The notes below the pieces were generated by a model that saw only the letters and a program-made list of their open reading frames with translations, had not been told where the DNA came from and did not search any database. Of a stretch of 47,897 nucleotides of DNA, positions 33,343-41,787 are shown piece by piece (the stretch's first letter is position 1; each line of letters opens with the position of its first letter). Origin of the DNA: an uncultured bacterium (GTDB lineage Bacteria > Zixibacteria > MSB-5A5 > SM1-73); assembly GCA_965369445.1 (NCBI GenBank), contig CBDUQU010000003.1:1-47897 (forward strand). Reading direction: 5' to 3'. Made by a program: the position numbers and the translations under genes.

Positions 33343-33990
33343 ATGAAGCTGATATTGCTTGGGATACCGGGCTCCGGAAAGGGGAGCGTGTCAGAACTTT
33401 TGACCTCTGAGTTGAGGGTGCCGCACATCGCCCCGGGGGATATCCTAAGGGAGGAGTTGAAGATAGGAAGTCACTTAGGTGAGATCGCCAGACCTTATAT
33501 GGAGAAAGGAGAATTAGTTCCGGACGAGGTCATCCTGAAGGTGATGAATAAGAGACTACGTTCGCCGGAGAATGAAAAAGGCTTCATATTGGACGGATTT
33601 CCCCGCACCCTGGTTCAGGCACAAAGGTTGGACCAGATGCAGGCCGGGTCAAAGGGAAGCATAGATTTCGTGTTGAAATTTGAGCTGTCTGAACAGACCG
33701 CCATGAAGAGGTTGTCAGGAAGGCAGACCTGTTCGGTATGTGGTGCCCTTTTCAACCTTTACGGGAAACCTCCCAAGAAGAAGGATGTTTGTGACATTTG
33801 TGGAGGATCGCTATTTCAAAGGGCAGACGACAAAGAAGAGGTGATTCGCAACAGATTGGAGGTCTATCGGGACCGGACCCGGCCCATCGAAGAATATTAC
33901 GACCATCAGGGGAAATTGACAAGAATAGATGGTGAACCGAATCCATACGTGGTCCTCGAAGAGATTCTGAAGGTGCTGGGGATTCGATAG
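33343..33990 (+). CDS. adk: Adenylate kinase (Zn-binding LID)
   Basis: GIPGSGKG P-loop, LDGFPRT, CSVC and CDIC. Confidence 0.96.
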   Translation: MKLILLGIPGSGKGSVSELLTSELRVPHIAPGDILREELKIGSHLGEIARPYMEKGELVPDEVILKVMNKRLRSPENEKGFILDGFPRTLVQAQRLDQMQAGSKGSIDFVLKFELSEQTAMKRLSGRQTCSVCGALFNLYGKPPKKKDVCDICGGSLFQRADDKEEVIRNRLEVYRDRTRPIEEYYDHQGKLTRIDGEPNPYVVLEEILKVLGIR

Positions 33991-34024
33991 CACGAAAGTT
34001 TAAAGCTCAAAAAACATTTTGCAC

Positions 34025-34774
34025 ATGATAGAGTTGAAAACAGACAGAGAGATAGAGATAATAAAGCGTAACGGGAAGATACTGGCACGGGCGTTGAAGC
34101 TGGTGGAAGAGAGGATTCGTCCCGGAACGAAAACCAAGGAACTGAACCGGCTGGCGGAGGATTTCATCAGAGGACAAGGAGCATATCCCGCATTCAAAGG
34201 ATATCGAGGGTTTCCCTCGTCTATCTGCGTGTCGATAGATGAAGAGGTGGTGCATGGAATTCCGGGAGAAAGAGCCTTGGAGCAGGGACAGATCGTCTCG
34301 GTGGACGTCGGAGTTTTAAAGGATGGTTATTACGCGGATGCAGCCCGTACCTATTCGGTTGGAGAAATCCCCGAGAGATCGCGGAAGCTAATCGACGTCA
34401 CCCGGGAGGCTTTAGAACAAGCACTTGATTCGGTGAAGGAGGGAAGGCGTCTTTCGGATGTATCACATGCCATTCAGTCTTTCGTTGAGCGGAACGGTTT
34501 TTCGGTGGTGAGGGACTTGGTTGGGCATGGTATCGGAAAGAAGATGCACGAGGAGCCGCAGATCCCCAATTTCGGCGAACCGGGTCAGGGAGTAATGCTG
34601 AAGAAAGGGATGGTGTTTGCTATCGAACCCATGGTGAATGTGGGATCCTGGGAGATAGATACCAGAGATGATCACTGGACCATCGTAACCCGCGATGGCT
34701 CTCTCTCCGCTCATTTTGAGCACACCGTGGCGGTTACCGGGAATGGAGCCGAGATTTTAACCCAGGATCCGTAA
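34025..34774 (+). CDS. map: Type I methionine aminopeptidase
   Basis: VVHGIPG, GHGIG, HEEP, AIEPMV, SAHFEHT. Confidence 0.97.
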   Translation: MIELKTDREIEIIKRNGKILARALKLVEERIRPGTKTKELNRLAEDFIRGQGAYPAFKGYRGFPSSICVSIDEEVVHGIPGERALEQGQIVSVDVGVLKDGYYADAARTYSVGEIPERSRKLIDVTREALEQALDSVKEGRRLSDVSHAIQSFVERNGFSVVRDLVGHGIGKKMHEEPQIPNFGEPGQGVMLKKGMVFAIEPMVNVGSWEIDTRDDHWTIVTRDGSLSAHFEHTVAVTGNGAEILTQDP

Positions 34775-34797
34775 ATACCTTAGGGCAGGTGGATTGA

Positions 34798-35016
34798 ATG
34801 CCAAAAGAGGAAACCATTCAGGTCGAAGGAAAGGTGATTGAGCCGTTGCCCAATGCCCTGTTCAGGGTGGAACTGGAGAACGGACACCGGGTGCTGGCGC
34901 ACATCTCCGGAAAAATGAGAATGCACTTTATCCGGATTCTTCCCGGTGATAGGGTTACAGTGGAGCTTTCCCCTTACGACTTAAGCAGAGGACGGATAGT
35001 GTACCGATACAAATGA
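34798..35016 (+). CDS. infA: Translation initiation factor IF-1
   Basis: [24 protein letters not shown]. Confidence 0.98.
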   Translation: MPKEETIQVEGKVIEPLPNALFRVELENGHRVLAHISGKMRMHFIRILPGDRVTVELSPYDLSRGRIVYRYK

Positions 35017-35115
35017 TCCTTAGGACCTGGTGGGATCACCCGATTCAGGGACAGGCTGCAAAGACTGGACCGCGGAAGAGACGGCGAAGTTGTGATTAAG
35101 TGAAGGGAAGATAAA

Positions 35116-35229
35116 ATGAAGGTTCGATCATCGATTAAGGTTAGATGTGAGAAGTGCAGGATCGTAAAGAGGAAGGGGATATTGCGGGTGATCTGCAAGA
35201 ATCCTCGCCACAAGCAGAGACAAGGATAG
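35116..35229 (+). CDS. rpmJ: 50S ribosomal protein L36 (not in the ORF track)
   Basis: Hand translation [37 protein letters not shown]. Confidence 0.97.
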   Translation: MKVRSSIKVRCEKCRIVKRKGILRVICKNPRHKQRQG

Positions 35230-35247
35230 AAGAAGCGGAGGTAAGAG

Positions 35248-35625
35248 TTGGCAAGAATTGCGGGAGTCGATCTGCCCAAAGACAAACGGATAGAGATAGG
35301 TTTAACCTATATTTTCGGGATAGGTCCATCCTCCTCTAAGAAGATTTTGGCCTCCACCGGGGTGAACCCCGATACCCGGGTGAATAAACTGGCCGAGGAG
35401 GACGTGACCAAACTGCGTTCGGCGATTGAGTCGGATTACAAGGTGGAAGGAGCCCTGCGGGGAGAGGTCTCCATGAACATCAAGAGGCTAATCGACATCG
35501 GCTCCTATCGCGGATTGAGACACAGGAGAGGACTGCCGGTGCGAGGACAGAGAACCAAAACCAATGCCCGAACCAGAAAAGGTCCCAAGAGGACTGTCGG
35601 ATCCAAGAGAAGCAAAAGAGACTGA
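35248..35625 (+). CDS. rpsM: 30S ribosomal protein S13
   Basis: [26 protein letters not shown]. Confidence 0.98.
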   Translation: MARIAGVDLPKDKRIEIGLTYIFGIGPSSSKKILASTGVNPDTRVNKLAEEDVTKLRSAIESDYKVEGALRGEVSMNIKRLIDIGSYRGLRHRRGLPVRGQRTKTNARTRKGPKRTVGSKRSKRD

Positions 35626-35690
35626 CCTTTGAGATGCTGTCGGGTCGTTTGAGCTTTGACACTTAAGTGCAATGACCAAGGAGGAGCAAG

Positions 35691-36083
35691 TTGGCGGAAA
35701 CTTCCAAGAAAAAGACCAAGAAGAAACATGGTATGGTAGACTCCCATGCGGTAGCCCACATAAAGGCAACCTTCAATAACACCATCATCAGCATCACCGA
35801 TACCAAAGGGAACTTAATCTGCTGGTCTACCGGAGGCAGGCTGGGCTTCAAGGGGTCAAGAAAAAGCACTCCCTTTGCAGCACAATTAGCCGCCCAGGCG
35901 GTTGCCAGGGAAGCCCGGGATCGCGGAGTGAGAAAGGCAGAGGTATGGGTGAAGGGCCCCGGATCGGGAAGAGAAGCGGCGATAAGATCCCTGCAGGCGG
36001 CCGGGATCGAGATCACCGCCATAAGAGACGTCACCCCCATTCCTCACAACGGTTGTCGTGCTCCTAAAAGAAGGAGAGTATAA
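35691..36083 (+). CDS. rpsK: 30S ribosomal protein S11
   Basis: [24 protein letters not shown]. Confidence 0.98.
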   Translation: MAETSKKKTKKKHGMVDSHAVAHIKATFNNTIISITDTKGNLICWSTGGRLGFKGSRKSTPFAAQLAAQAVAREARDRGVRKAEVWVKGPGSGREAAIRSLQAAGIEITAIRDVTPIPHNGCRAPKRRRV

Positions 36084-36180
36084 CCAAACCGGTGTAATGA
36101 ATTAAGAATAAGCGAACTACTTGTCCCGTTTGGATCGAAAGGCAAGACCGGAACGAGAAGGTTTAATACGGAGAAGATAG

Positions 36181-36807
36181 ATGGCAAGATACAGAGAAGC
36201 AAATTGCAAGCTTTGCAGACGCGAAGGAGAAAAGCTCTTTTTGAAGGGAAGTCGCTGCCACGGCGATAAGTGTGCTTTCGAGCGGCGGGCTTATTCTCCG
36301 GGAGAGCACGGGAGAACCATGAGAAGGAGGGGCTCGGAGTATGCCCTCAGGCTCAGGGAGAAACAGAAGTTGCGGCGTATTTACGGAATACTGGAAAAAC
36401 AGTTCAGGAACTACTTCCACCATGCCGCCAAACAGAAGGGCGTAACCGGCGCAAACCTCCTGGGGATGCTGGAATGCCGGCTGGACAATCTGACATACCG
36501 GCTGGGTTTTGCCCCCTCCAGAAAGGCTGCCCGCCAGTTAGTGCTGCATCGCCATTTTATGGTCAACGAAAGAATGGTGAGCATCCCCTCCTACCAGGTG
36601 AAGCCGGGCGATGTGCTGGCCGTGCGCGAGAAAAGCAAGAACTTAGACGTCATTCACCAGGCCTTAAGAGAGGGGCGAGCAGGAGATCTTCCCTATCTGA
36701 GCCTGGACAAAGCACATCTGCGCGGTGAGCTTCTGGAGTCTCCCAAGAGAACGGATATTCCCCTTCTGGTTCAGGAGCAACTGGTGGTTGAGCTTTACTC
36801 CAAGTAG
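36181..36807 (+). CDS. rpsD: 30S ribosomal protein S4 (Zn-binding type)
   Basis: CKLCRREG, LREKQK, RLDN, VVELYSK. Confidence 0.98.
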   Translation: MARYREANCKLCRREGEKLFLKGSRCHGDKCAFERRAYSPGEHGRTMRRRGSEYALRLREKQKLRRIYGILEKQFRNYFHHAAKQKGVTGANLLGMLECRLDNLTYRLGFAPSRKAARQLVLHRHFMVNERMVSIPSYQVKPGDVLAVREKSKNLDVIHQALREGRAGDLPYLSLDKAHLRGELLESPKRTDIPLLVQEQLVVELYSK

Positions 36808-36924
36808 CGTGCTGAGGGCTTGGGTTCAAGATCCGACAAGAACGTGAAAAAAGGAGAGACAGAACTAGGTGGCCCAAATAGTGTTTTTACGAGATTTCTT
36901 CTCCTTGAAAGGAGGAATTAAGGG

Positions 36925-37920
36925 ATGAAATGGAAGAGTTTGCAGATGCCCAAAGAGGTCAAGGTGGAGGAGACCACCCTGACCGATAGGTATACCAAAT
37001 TTGTGGTGGAGCCGCTGGAGCGAGGATTTGGCCTAAGCCTGGGGAACGCTCTTCGCCGAACCCTTCTCTCATCCATTCAGGGAGTCGCCCCCGTTGCATT
37101 GCGCATCGAGGGAATCGACAGAGTCCCGCACGAGTTCTCCACCATCCCCGGAGTGTATGAGGATGTTACTGAGATAGTGCTCAACATCAAAAGGTTAAGG
37201 CTGAGGCTCAACGGTGACGAGCCCAAGACCCTGGTCCTGGAGACCAGCAAGAAGGGAAGCTTTTCCGCCAAGGACATACAGACTGACGGCGAAATAGAAG
37301 TCCTGGACCCGGATATGCATCTGGTGAAAATAACGGAGAACACAAAATTCAGGATGGAGATAGACACCGCAGTGGGGAGAAGTTACGTGCCGGCCGAGCA
37401 GAATAAGAAGACGGACGCTCCGGTGGGGACCATCTTTTTGGACTCCATGTTTTCCCCGGTCCAGAAGATCATTTTCAACGTGGAGAACACCCGGGTAGGA
37501 CAGCGCACCGATTACGACCGCCTGATCATGGAGATCTGGACTGACGGAAGTATAACGCCTGAGGATGCTCTCTGCTTCGCTTCCAAGATTCTGAAGGATC
37601 ATTTGCAGCTCTTCATCAAGCTGGAGGAGGAGTTGGAGGTAGCGGAAGAGGAGGAGGTGGATGAGGAGACTTTGAGGATCCGCAATCTTTTGGGCACCAG
37701 GGTGGACGAGTTGGAACTCTCGGTAAGATCGTCAAACTGCCTGAGAGCTGCCAACATTCAGAAGCTGGAGGATTTAGTCCAGAAGACGGAAGCGGAGATG
37801 CTTAAATATCGTAACTTCGGCAGGAAGTCTTTGACGGAGTTGAACACCATCTTAAATGACCTGGGGCTTCAATTTGGCATGGACGTGTCCAAGTACAAAG
37901 AACCTGAAAAAGAGACGTAA
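36925..37920 (+). CDS. rpoA: RNA polymerase alpha subunit
   Basis: EPLERGFG, RVGQRTDYD, ELSVRSSNCL, NFGRKSL. Confidence 0.98.
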   Translation: MKWKSLQMPKEVKVEETTLTDRYTKFVVEPLERGFGLSLGNALRRTLLSSIQGVAPVALRIEGIDRVPHEFSTIPGVYEDVTEIVLNIKRLRLRLNGDEPKTLVLETSKKGSFSAKDIQTDGEIEVLDPDMHLVKITENTKFRMEIDTAVGRSYVPAEQNKKTDAPVGTIFLDSMFSPVQKIIFNVENTRVGQRTDYDRLIMEIWTDGSITPEDALCFASKILKDHLQLFIKLEEELEVAEEEEVDEETLRIRNLLGTRVDELELSVRSSNCLRAANIQKLEDLVQKTEAEMLKYRNFGRKSLTELNTILNDLGLQFGMDVSKYKEPEKET

Positions 37921-38001
37921 AAGCGGCCTTATAAAGGCTGAGGATTAACCGACGGCGCTTCGGAGGTTCCAAAGGGCAGATGAAAGGTTGGATTTGCCGC
38001 T

Positions 38002-38577
38002 ATGAGACATGCAAAAAGGGTAAAGAAGCTGGGAAGGACTAGGAGCCACAGAAAGGCGATGCTGGCCAACATGGCCGCTTCCCTGTTAACCTATCAGGTG
38101 ATCAAGACCACGGAAACAAAGGCCAAAGAGGTGAGAAAGCTGGCCGAGAAGTTGATAACTCTGGCCAAGAGGGGAGACCTTCACGCTCATCGCCAGGTAT
38201 ATGACGTGATCAAGGATCGAAAGCTGGTCAAGAAACTGTTCGACGAGATTGCGCCCAAATTCGCAGACAAAGAGGGCGGCTATACCAGAGTTTCGAAGCT
38301 GGGGCCGAGAAAGGGTGACGGTGCCCCGGTAGCGGTGGTTGAGCTCCTGTTGGAGAAACCGGCTAAGGAGGAGAAGAAAGGGAAGAAGCGGAAAGCCGAA
38401 AAGAAGGCCAAGCCGGCAGAGGCAAAAGAAGCCAAGCCGAAAGTGAGGAAGAAAGAAAAGGCTGAGGCAGAAGCCGCCGAGGTTGAGCAGAAGGAGGAGC
38501 CTGAAGGGAAAACAGAAGAAATCCAGGAGGAACAAGGGGCAGAGCCAAAAGACGCCGGCTCGGAAGAGTCCAAATAG
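38002..38577 (+). CDS. rplQ: 50S ribosomal protein L17 with K/E/A-rich C-terminal extension
   Basis: [26 protein letters not shown]. Confidence 0.97.
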   Translation: MRHAKRVKKLGRTRSHRKAMLANMAASLLTYQVIKTTETKAKEVRKLAEKLITLAKRGDLHAHRQVYDVIKDRKLVKKLFDEIAPKFADKEGGYTRVSKLGPRKGDGAPVAVVELLLEKPAKEEKKGKKRKAEKKAKPAEAKEAKPKVRKKEKAEAEAAEVEQKEEPEGKTEEIQEEQGAEPKDAGSEESK

Positions 38578-38627
38578 GTAAGCTAAATAAATTCCGGCTT
38601 GCTATGGCAAGCTTAAGAGATAAAGAC

Positions 38628-38663
38628 CCGCAGGTTTTGAAAAATAACCTGCGGTTTTGTTTT
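38628..38663 (+). terminator. Intrinsic terminator ending the ribosomal cluster
   Basis: CCGCAGGTT-9 nt-AACCTGCGG followed by TTTTGTTTT. Confidence 0.8.
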
Positions 38664-38927
38664 GGCCAAAGGATGGTCCGCCGCCCTCGAAGAGTTGAAG
38701 ATACCGGTGGCAGCAGACTGATCAGTGCAGCATATCCAGGCCGGACAGATAAAGCTGGCACAAAAGAAGCTGTTTCGGTGGTTGGCGAGGAGAAGCGTCC
38801 GGTCATAGACGATCTCCGAGCGTCGCCAGTCTCGGATGCATGGAGACGGAGGCGTGCAAGTCCGAGGACTTGCGGTGGACGCATTTCCCCGCTACAATGA
38901 TCCTAAGGTGAGCTTCGCAAAAACATA

Positions 38928-38956
38928 TTGACCGCCTTATCCGTATGTGATATGTT
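38928..38956 (+). promoter_or_regulatory. Putative sigma70 promoter
   Basis: TTGACC, 17 bp, TATGTT, 23 nt before ATG 38980. Confidence 0.45.
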
Positions 38957-38979
38957 TATTCAAACCGGTGCGAGGAACA

Positions 38980-40737
38980 ATGATGCCAGAACGAGCTTTT
39001 CGCCATTCCAAGAACGAGCTTTTTGTTGAGACATCCAAGCTGTTAAATTCAACTTTGGATTTAGACGAGCTTCTGGATCTGGTTTTGAATCTCTCTACCC
39101 GGATCATGGAGGCTCAGGCCAGCTCGCTTTTGCTCATCGACGAGAAAAGCGGGAAGCTGAGACTTCATGTCTCGCCTGAGGAAAAGGCGGAGGGAAAGAA
39201 AAAGCTGGAGCTCAAGATGGGAGAGGGAATCGCCGGATGGGTGGCAGAACATATTCAGCCGGTTATATCCAACCGGGTTAAGGAAGATCCGCGCTACTGC
39301 CCTGAGCTGGAGGAGCGGATAGGGTTTTCCATTGACTCTCTGATCTGTATTCCTCTCCTGAGGAGGGGGAGGTTGATCGGCGTGGTGACCGTCCTGAATA
39401 AGATGAATGGAAAGGAGTTCGACCAGGAGGACTTAGAGGTGTTTTCCTCGTTGGCCGACCAGATCGCAATCGCCCTGGACAACTCTTATCTCTTCAGCAA
39501 ATTGAAGAAGAAGACCCTGGAGACCGAGACCCTGCTGGAGGTGGAGAAGTCCTTAAGCTCGACTTTGAACTTAAATGAGCTTCTAGAGCTTATCTTGGAT
39601 TCCCTTCTAAAGGTAGTCGAATATGATGCGGTGGTCATCTTTTTGATTGATGAAAGCAAGGAGGAGATCGAACACATTAAAGCACGGGGATTTGATCCTG
39701 CATTAGAACCGGATCTGCAACTCAAGATAGGCGAAGGTCTGGCTGGTTGGGCAGCTAAAACCGAAAAGAGCTTGATCGTTCCCGATGTCAAAGACGATTC
39801 ACGTTACATCGAGGCTAAGGTGGAGACTAAGTCCGGCATGGTGGTGCCGATAGTGTCCCAGAACAGAATAATAGGCGTCTTCAGCCTGGAGAGCGACGAA
39901 CCGAATGCATACACCCATGACGATTTAGAGCTTCTGGAAGCTTTCGCCAGCTTAGCTGCCATCTCCCTGGAGAGGGCACGCCAGCACGAGGAGATCTTGG
40001 AGAAGAGGAAATTGGAGGAGGAGCTTTCCATCGCCAAGAGAATCCAGCAAAGCTTTCTCCCCCGGGAGAAGCCTCAGTTTTCGGGATTTGACATCTCCGG
40101 CATAAACATCCCATCTGAGGAGGTGGGTGGGGATTACTATGATTTCATTCCCATAATCGAGAATCAGATCGGGATCGTGATCGGAGACGTCTCCGGAAAG
40201 GGCATACCTGCCGCCCTGATCATGGCCTCGCTCAGAGCCGGCCTGATAGCCGAGATAAGGAACAACTATGCCATCAGAAGCATCATGGCTAAGGTGAACA
40301 ATCTTCTTTTCGAGAGCACGGCGTCGGACATTTACGTTACCGCGGTCTACGGGGTTCTGGATCCGAAAAACAGAATATTCACCTTTTCCAATGCCGGACA
40401 CAATGCGCCTATCTTAAGACGTGCCGACGGTGAGATGGAATATCTTACCGAAGGCGGAATGGCCCTGGGGATGTTCGAGAATTCGAGGTACGAGGAAAGA
40501 CCGTTAGGGATCAATCCCGGGGAAATCATAGTATTCTATACCGATGGAGTGACCGAAGCAAAGAATGATAAGGAGGAGGAATTCGGAACCAGGAGATTGA
40601 AGCAGGTGATAGCCGATTCATACAAACTTAGTGCCGGTCAGATTCAGGAAAATATCTATGACGCGGTAAAGGAGTTTACCGGGCTTTCGCACCAGGAAGA
40701 TGACCTGACCATGATAGTGATCAAGGTCAGGGATTAG
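38980..40737 (+). CDS. GAF-GAF-PP2C (SpoIIE/RsbU-like) Ser/Thr phosphatase
   Basis: Two GAF repeats (GEGIAGWV, GEGLAGWA); VGGDYYD, IGDVSGKG, NAGHN, YTDGVTEA, DDLT. Confidence 0.9.
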   Translation: MMPERAFRHSKNELFVETSKLLNSTLDLDELLDLVLNLSTRIMEAQASSLLLIDEKSGKLRLHVSPEEKAEGKKKLELKMGEGIAGWVAEHIQPVISNRVKEDPRYCPELEERIGFSIDSLICIPLLRRGRLIGVVTVLNKMNGKEFDQEDLEVFSSLADQIAIALDNSYLFSKLKKKTLETETLLEVEKSLSSTLNLNELLELILDSLLKVVEYDAVVIFLIDESKEEIEHIKARGFDPALEPDLQLKIGEGLAGWAAKTEKSLIVPDVKDDSRYIEAKVETKSGMVVPIVSQNRIIGVFSLESDEPNAYTHDDLELLEAFASLAAISLERARQHEEILEKRKLEEELSIAKRIQQSFLPREKPQFSGFDISGINIPSEEVGGDYYDFIPIIENQIGIVIGDVSGKGIPAALIMASLRAGLIAEIRNNYAIRSIMAKVNNLLFESTASDIYVTAVYGVLDPKNRIFTFSNAGHNAPILRRADGEMEYLTEGGMALGMFENSRYEERPLGINPGEIIVFYTDGVTEAKNDKEEEFGTRRLKQVIADSYKLSAGQIQENIYDAVKEFTGLSHQEDDLTMIVIKVRD

Positions 40738-40756
40738 GGGTTAGGGGCTTGAGGTT
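40729..40756. repeat. Heptamer array left of the four-helix-bundle gene
   Basis: agggatt aggggtt aggggct tgaggtt. Confidence 0.7.
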
Positions 40757-40757
40757 A

Positions 40758-41129
40758 ATGGGAGAAGAGATGATAAGAAGTTATAAGGATTTAGAGATTT
40801 GGAAGAGAGGTGTAGAGCTTGTAAAAAACATTTACTTGTTCACAAAAGATTTTCCAAAATCCGAAACTTATGCCTTGGTCGATCAGGTTCGGCGCGCGGC
40901 ACTCTCGATACCTTCTAACATTGCTGAAGGTCACAGCAGGCAGCACACGAAGGAATTCAGACAATCTCTGTTTGTGGCTTTGGGTTCTTTGGCTGAACTT
41001 GAGACCCAACTAATTATTGCCGGGGAATTGGGTTATTTAGAAAAAGAGAAATTGAATCAATCCTTGTTAGAGATGGATGCAAAAGGCAAGATGACCAGAG
41101 GATTAATCAAAAGGTTGCAAATAAAATGA
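40758..41129 (+). CDS. Four helix bundle protein (23S rRNA IVP / S23 / Avd-like family)
   Basis: SYKDLEIWK, FPKSETYALVDQVRRAALSIPSNIAEG, GSLAELETQL; more AT-rich than neighbours; start 40758 or 40770. Confidence 0.92.
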   Translation: MGEEMIRSYKDLEIWKRGVELVKNIYLFTKDFPKSETYALVDQVRRAALSIPSNIAEGHSRQHTKEFRQSLFVALGSLAELETQLIIAGELGYLEKEKLNQSLLEMDAKGKMTRGLIKRLQIK

Positions 41130-41722
41130 ACAATTCGCACAGCAAAGCAGGCATTTCACCAGTCCCAAGCCCCAAGCCCCTTTCTACCATATTCACCAAG
41201 AGACTTTCTGAATATTGTCTTTTAGCTGTGTTGGTTGGTTTGATCTTAATGGGCTGCGGCCCTCAGCCCCGCTTCACCTCGGCGACGCCTGAGGAGAGAA
41301 AAAGCCGGGATATAGCGGAAGGGCGGTCCGCGGAGAAAGGCAAAAGCAAGATCGATAAGGCTAAGATGGGCAGGATAATCGAGTCGTTCCTGGGAGTGCC
41401 TTACCAATACGGCGGTGACACCAAATCCGGAATGGATTGCTCCGGGCTGGTGGCGCGGGTCTACAGAAAATATGCCGGCTTCAGCCTCCCTCGTTCCACC
41501 AAGAAGCTCTATCAACTGGTAAAGCAGGTAGATCGGGACGATCTTGCATACGGAGATTTGGTTTTCTTCTCTGACGGCTGGTTCTCGGTCTCCCACGTGG
41601 GAATCTACATCGGGAACGGCCAATTCGTGCACTCCGCGAAAAGCTCCGGGGTGATCGTATCCTCTTTAGAAGAGAATTACTATCGGAAAAGATACAGGGG
41701 CGCCCGAAGGGTCATCCCCTAG
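41126..41722 (+). CDS. NlpC/P60 (C40) peptidase, probable lipoprotein
   Basis: Lipobox LMGC, GVPYQYGG, DCSG, LPR, GDLVFF, HVGIYIGNGQFVHS. Confidence 0.9.
   Translation: MNNSHSKAGISPVPSPKPLSTIFTKRLSEYCLLAVLVGLILMGCGPQPRFTSATPEERKSRDIAEGRSAEKGKSKIDKAKMGRIIESFLGVPYQYGGDTKSGMDCSGLVARVYRKYAGFSLPRSTKKLYQLVKQVDRDDLAYGDLVFFSDGWFSVSHVGIYIGNGQFVHSAKSSGVIVSSLEENYYRKRYRGARRVIP
41160..41180. repeat. Heptamer array right of the four-helix-bundle gene, inverted relative to the left array
   Basis: cagtccc aagcccc aagcccc; CAAGCCCC is the reverse complement of GGGGCTTG at 40744-40751. Confidence 0.65.
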
Positions 41723-41787
41723 AACGCTCCTGCTTGTCTGAGAATGTCTCGCAGGAGAGCCTCGCCCAAGTGGTTTTTCAATAGCTT

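Noticed and set aside
35154-35339. 61-aa ORF between infA and rpsM
   Set aside because: The real gene is rpmJ (35116-35229) in another frame.
38604-38900. 98-aa ORF after rplQ
   Set aside because: It spans the intrinsic terminator and has no RBS or domain. The GCAAGTCC-GA-GGACTTGC palindrome near 38855-38872 is single-copy in the window.
40758-41129. Diversity-generating retroelement or 23S rRNA intervening sequence
   Set aside because: No reverse transcriptase, TR/VR pair or rRNA gene in the window.
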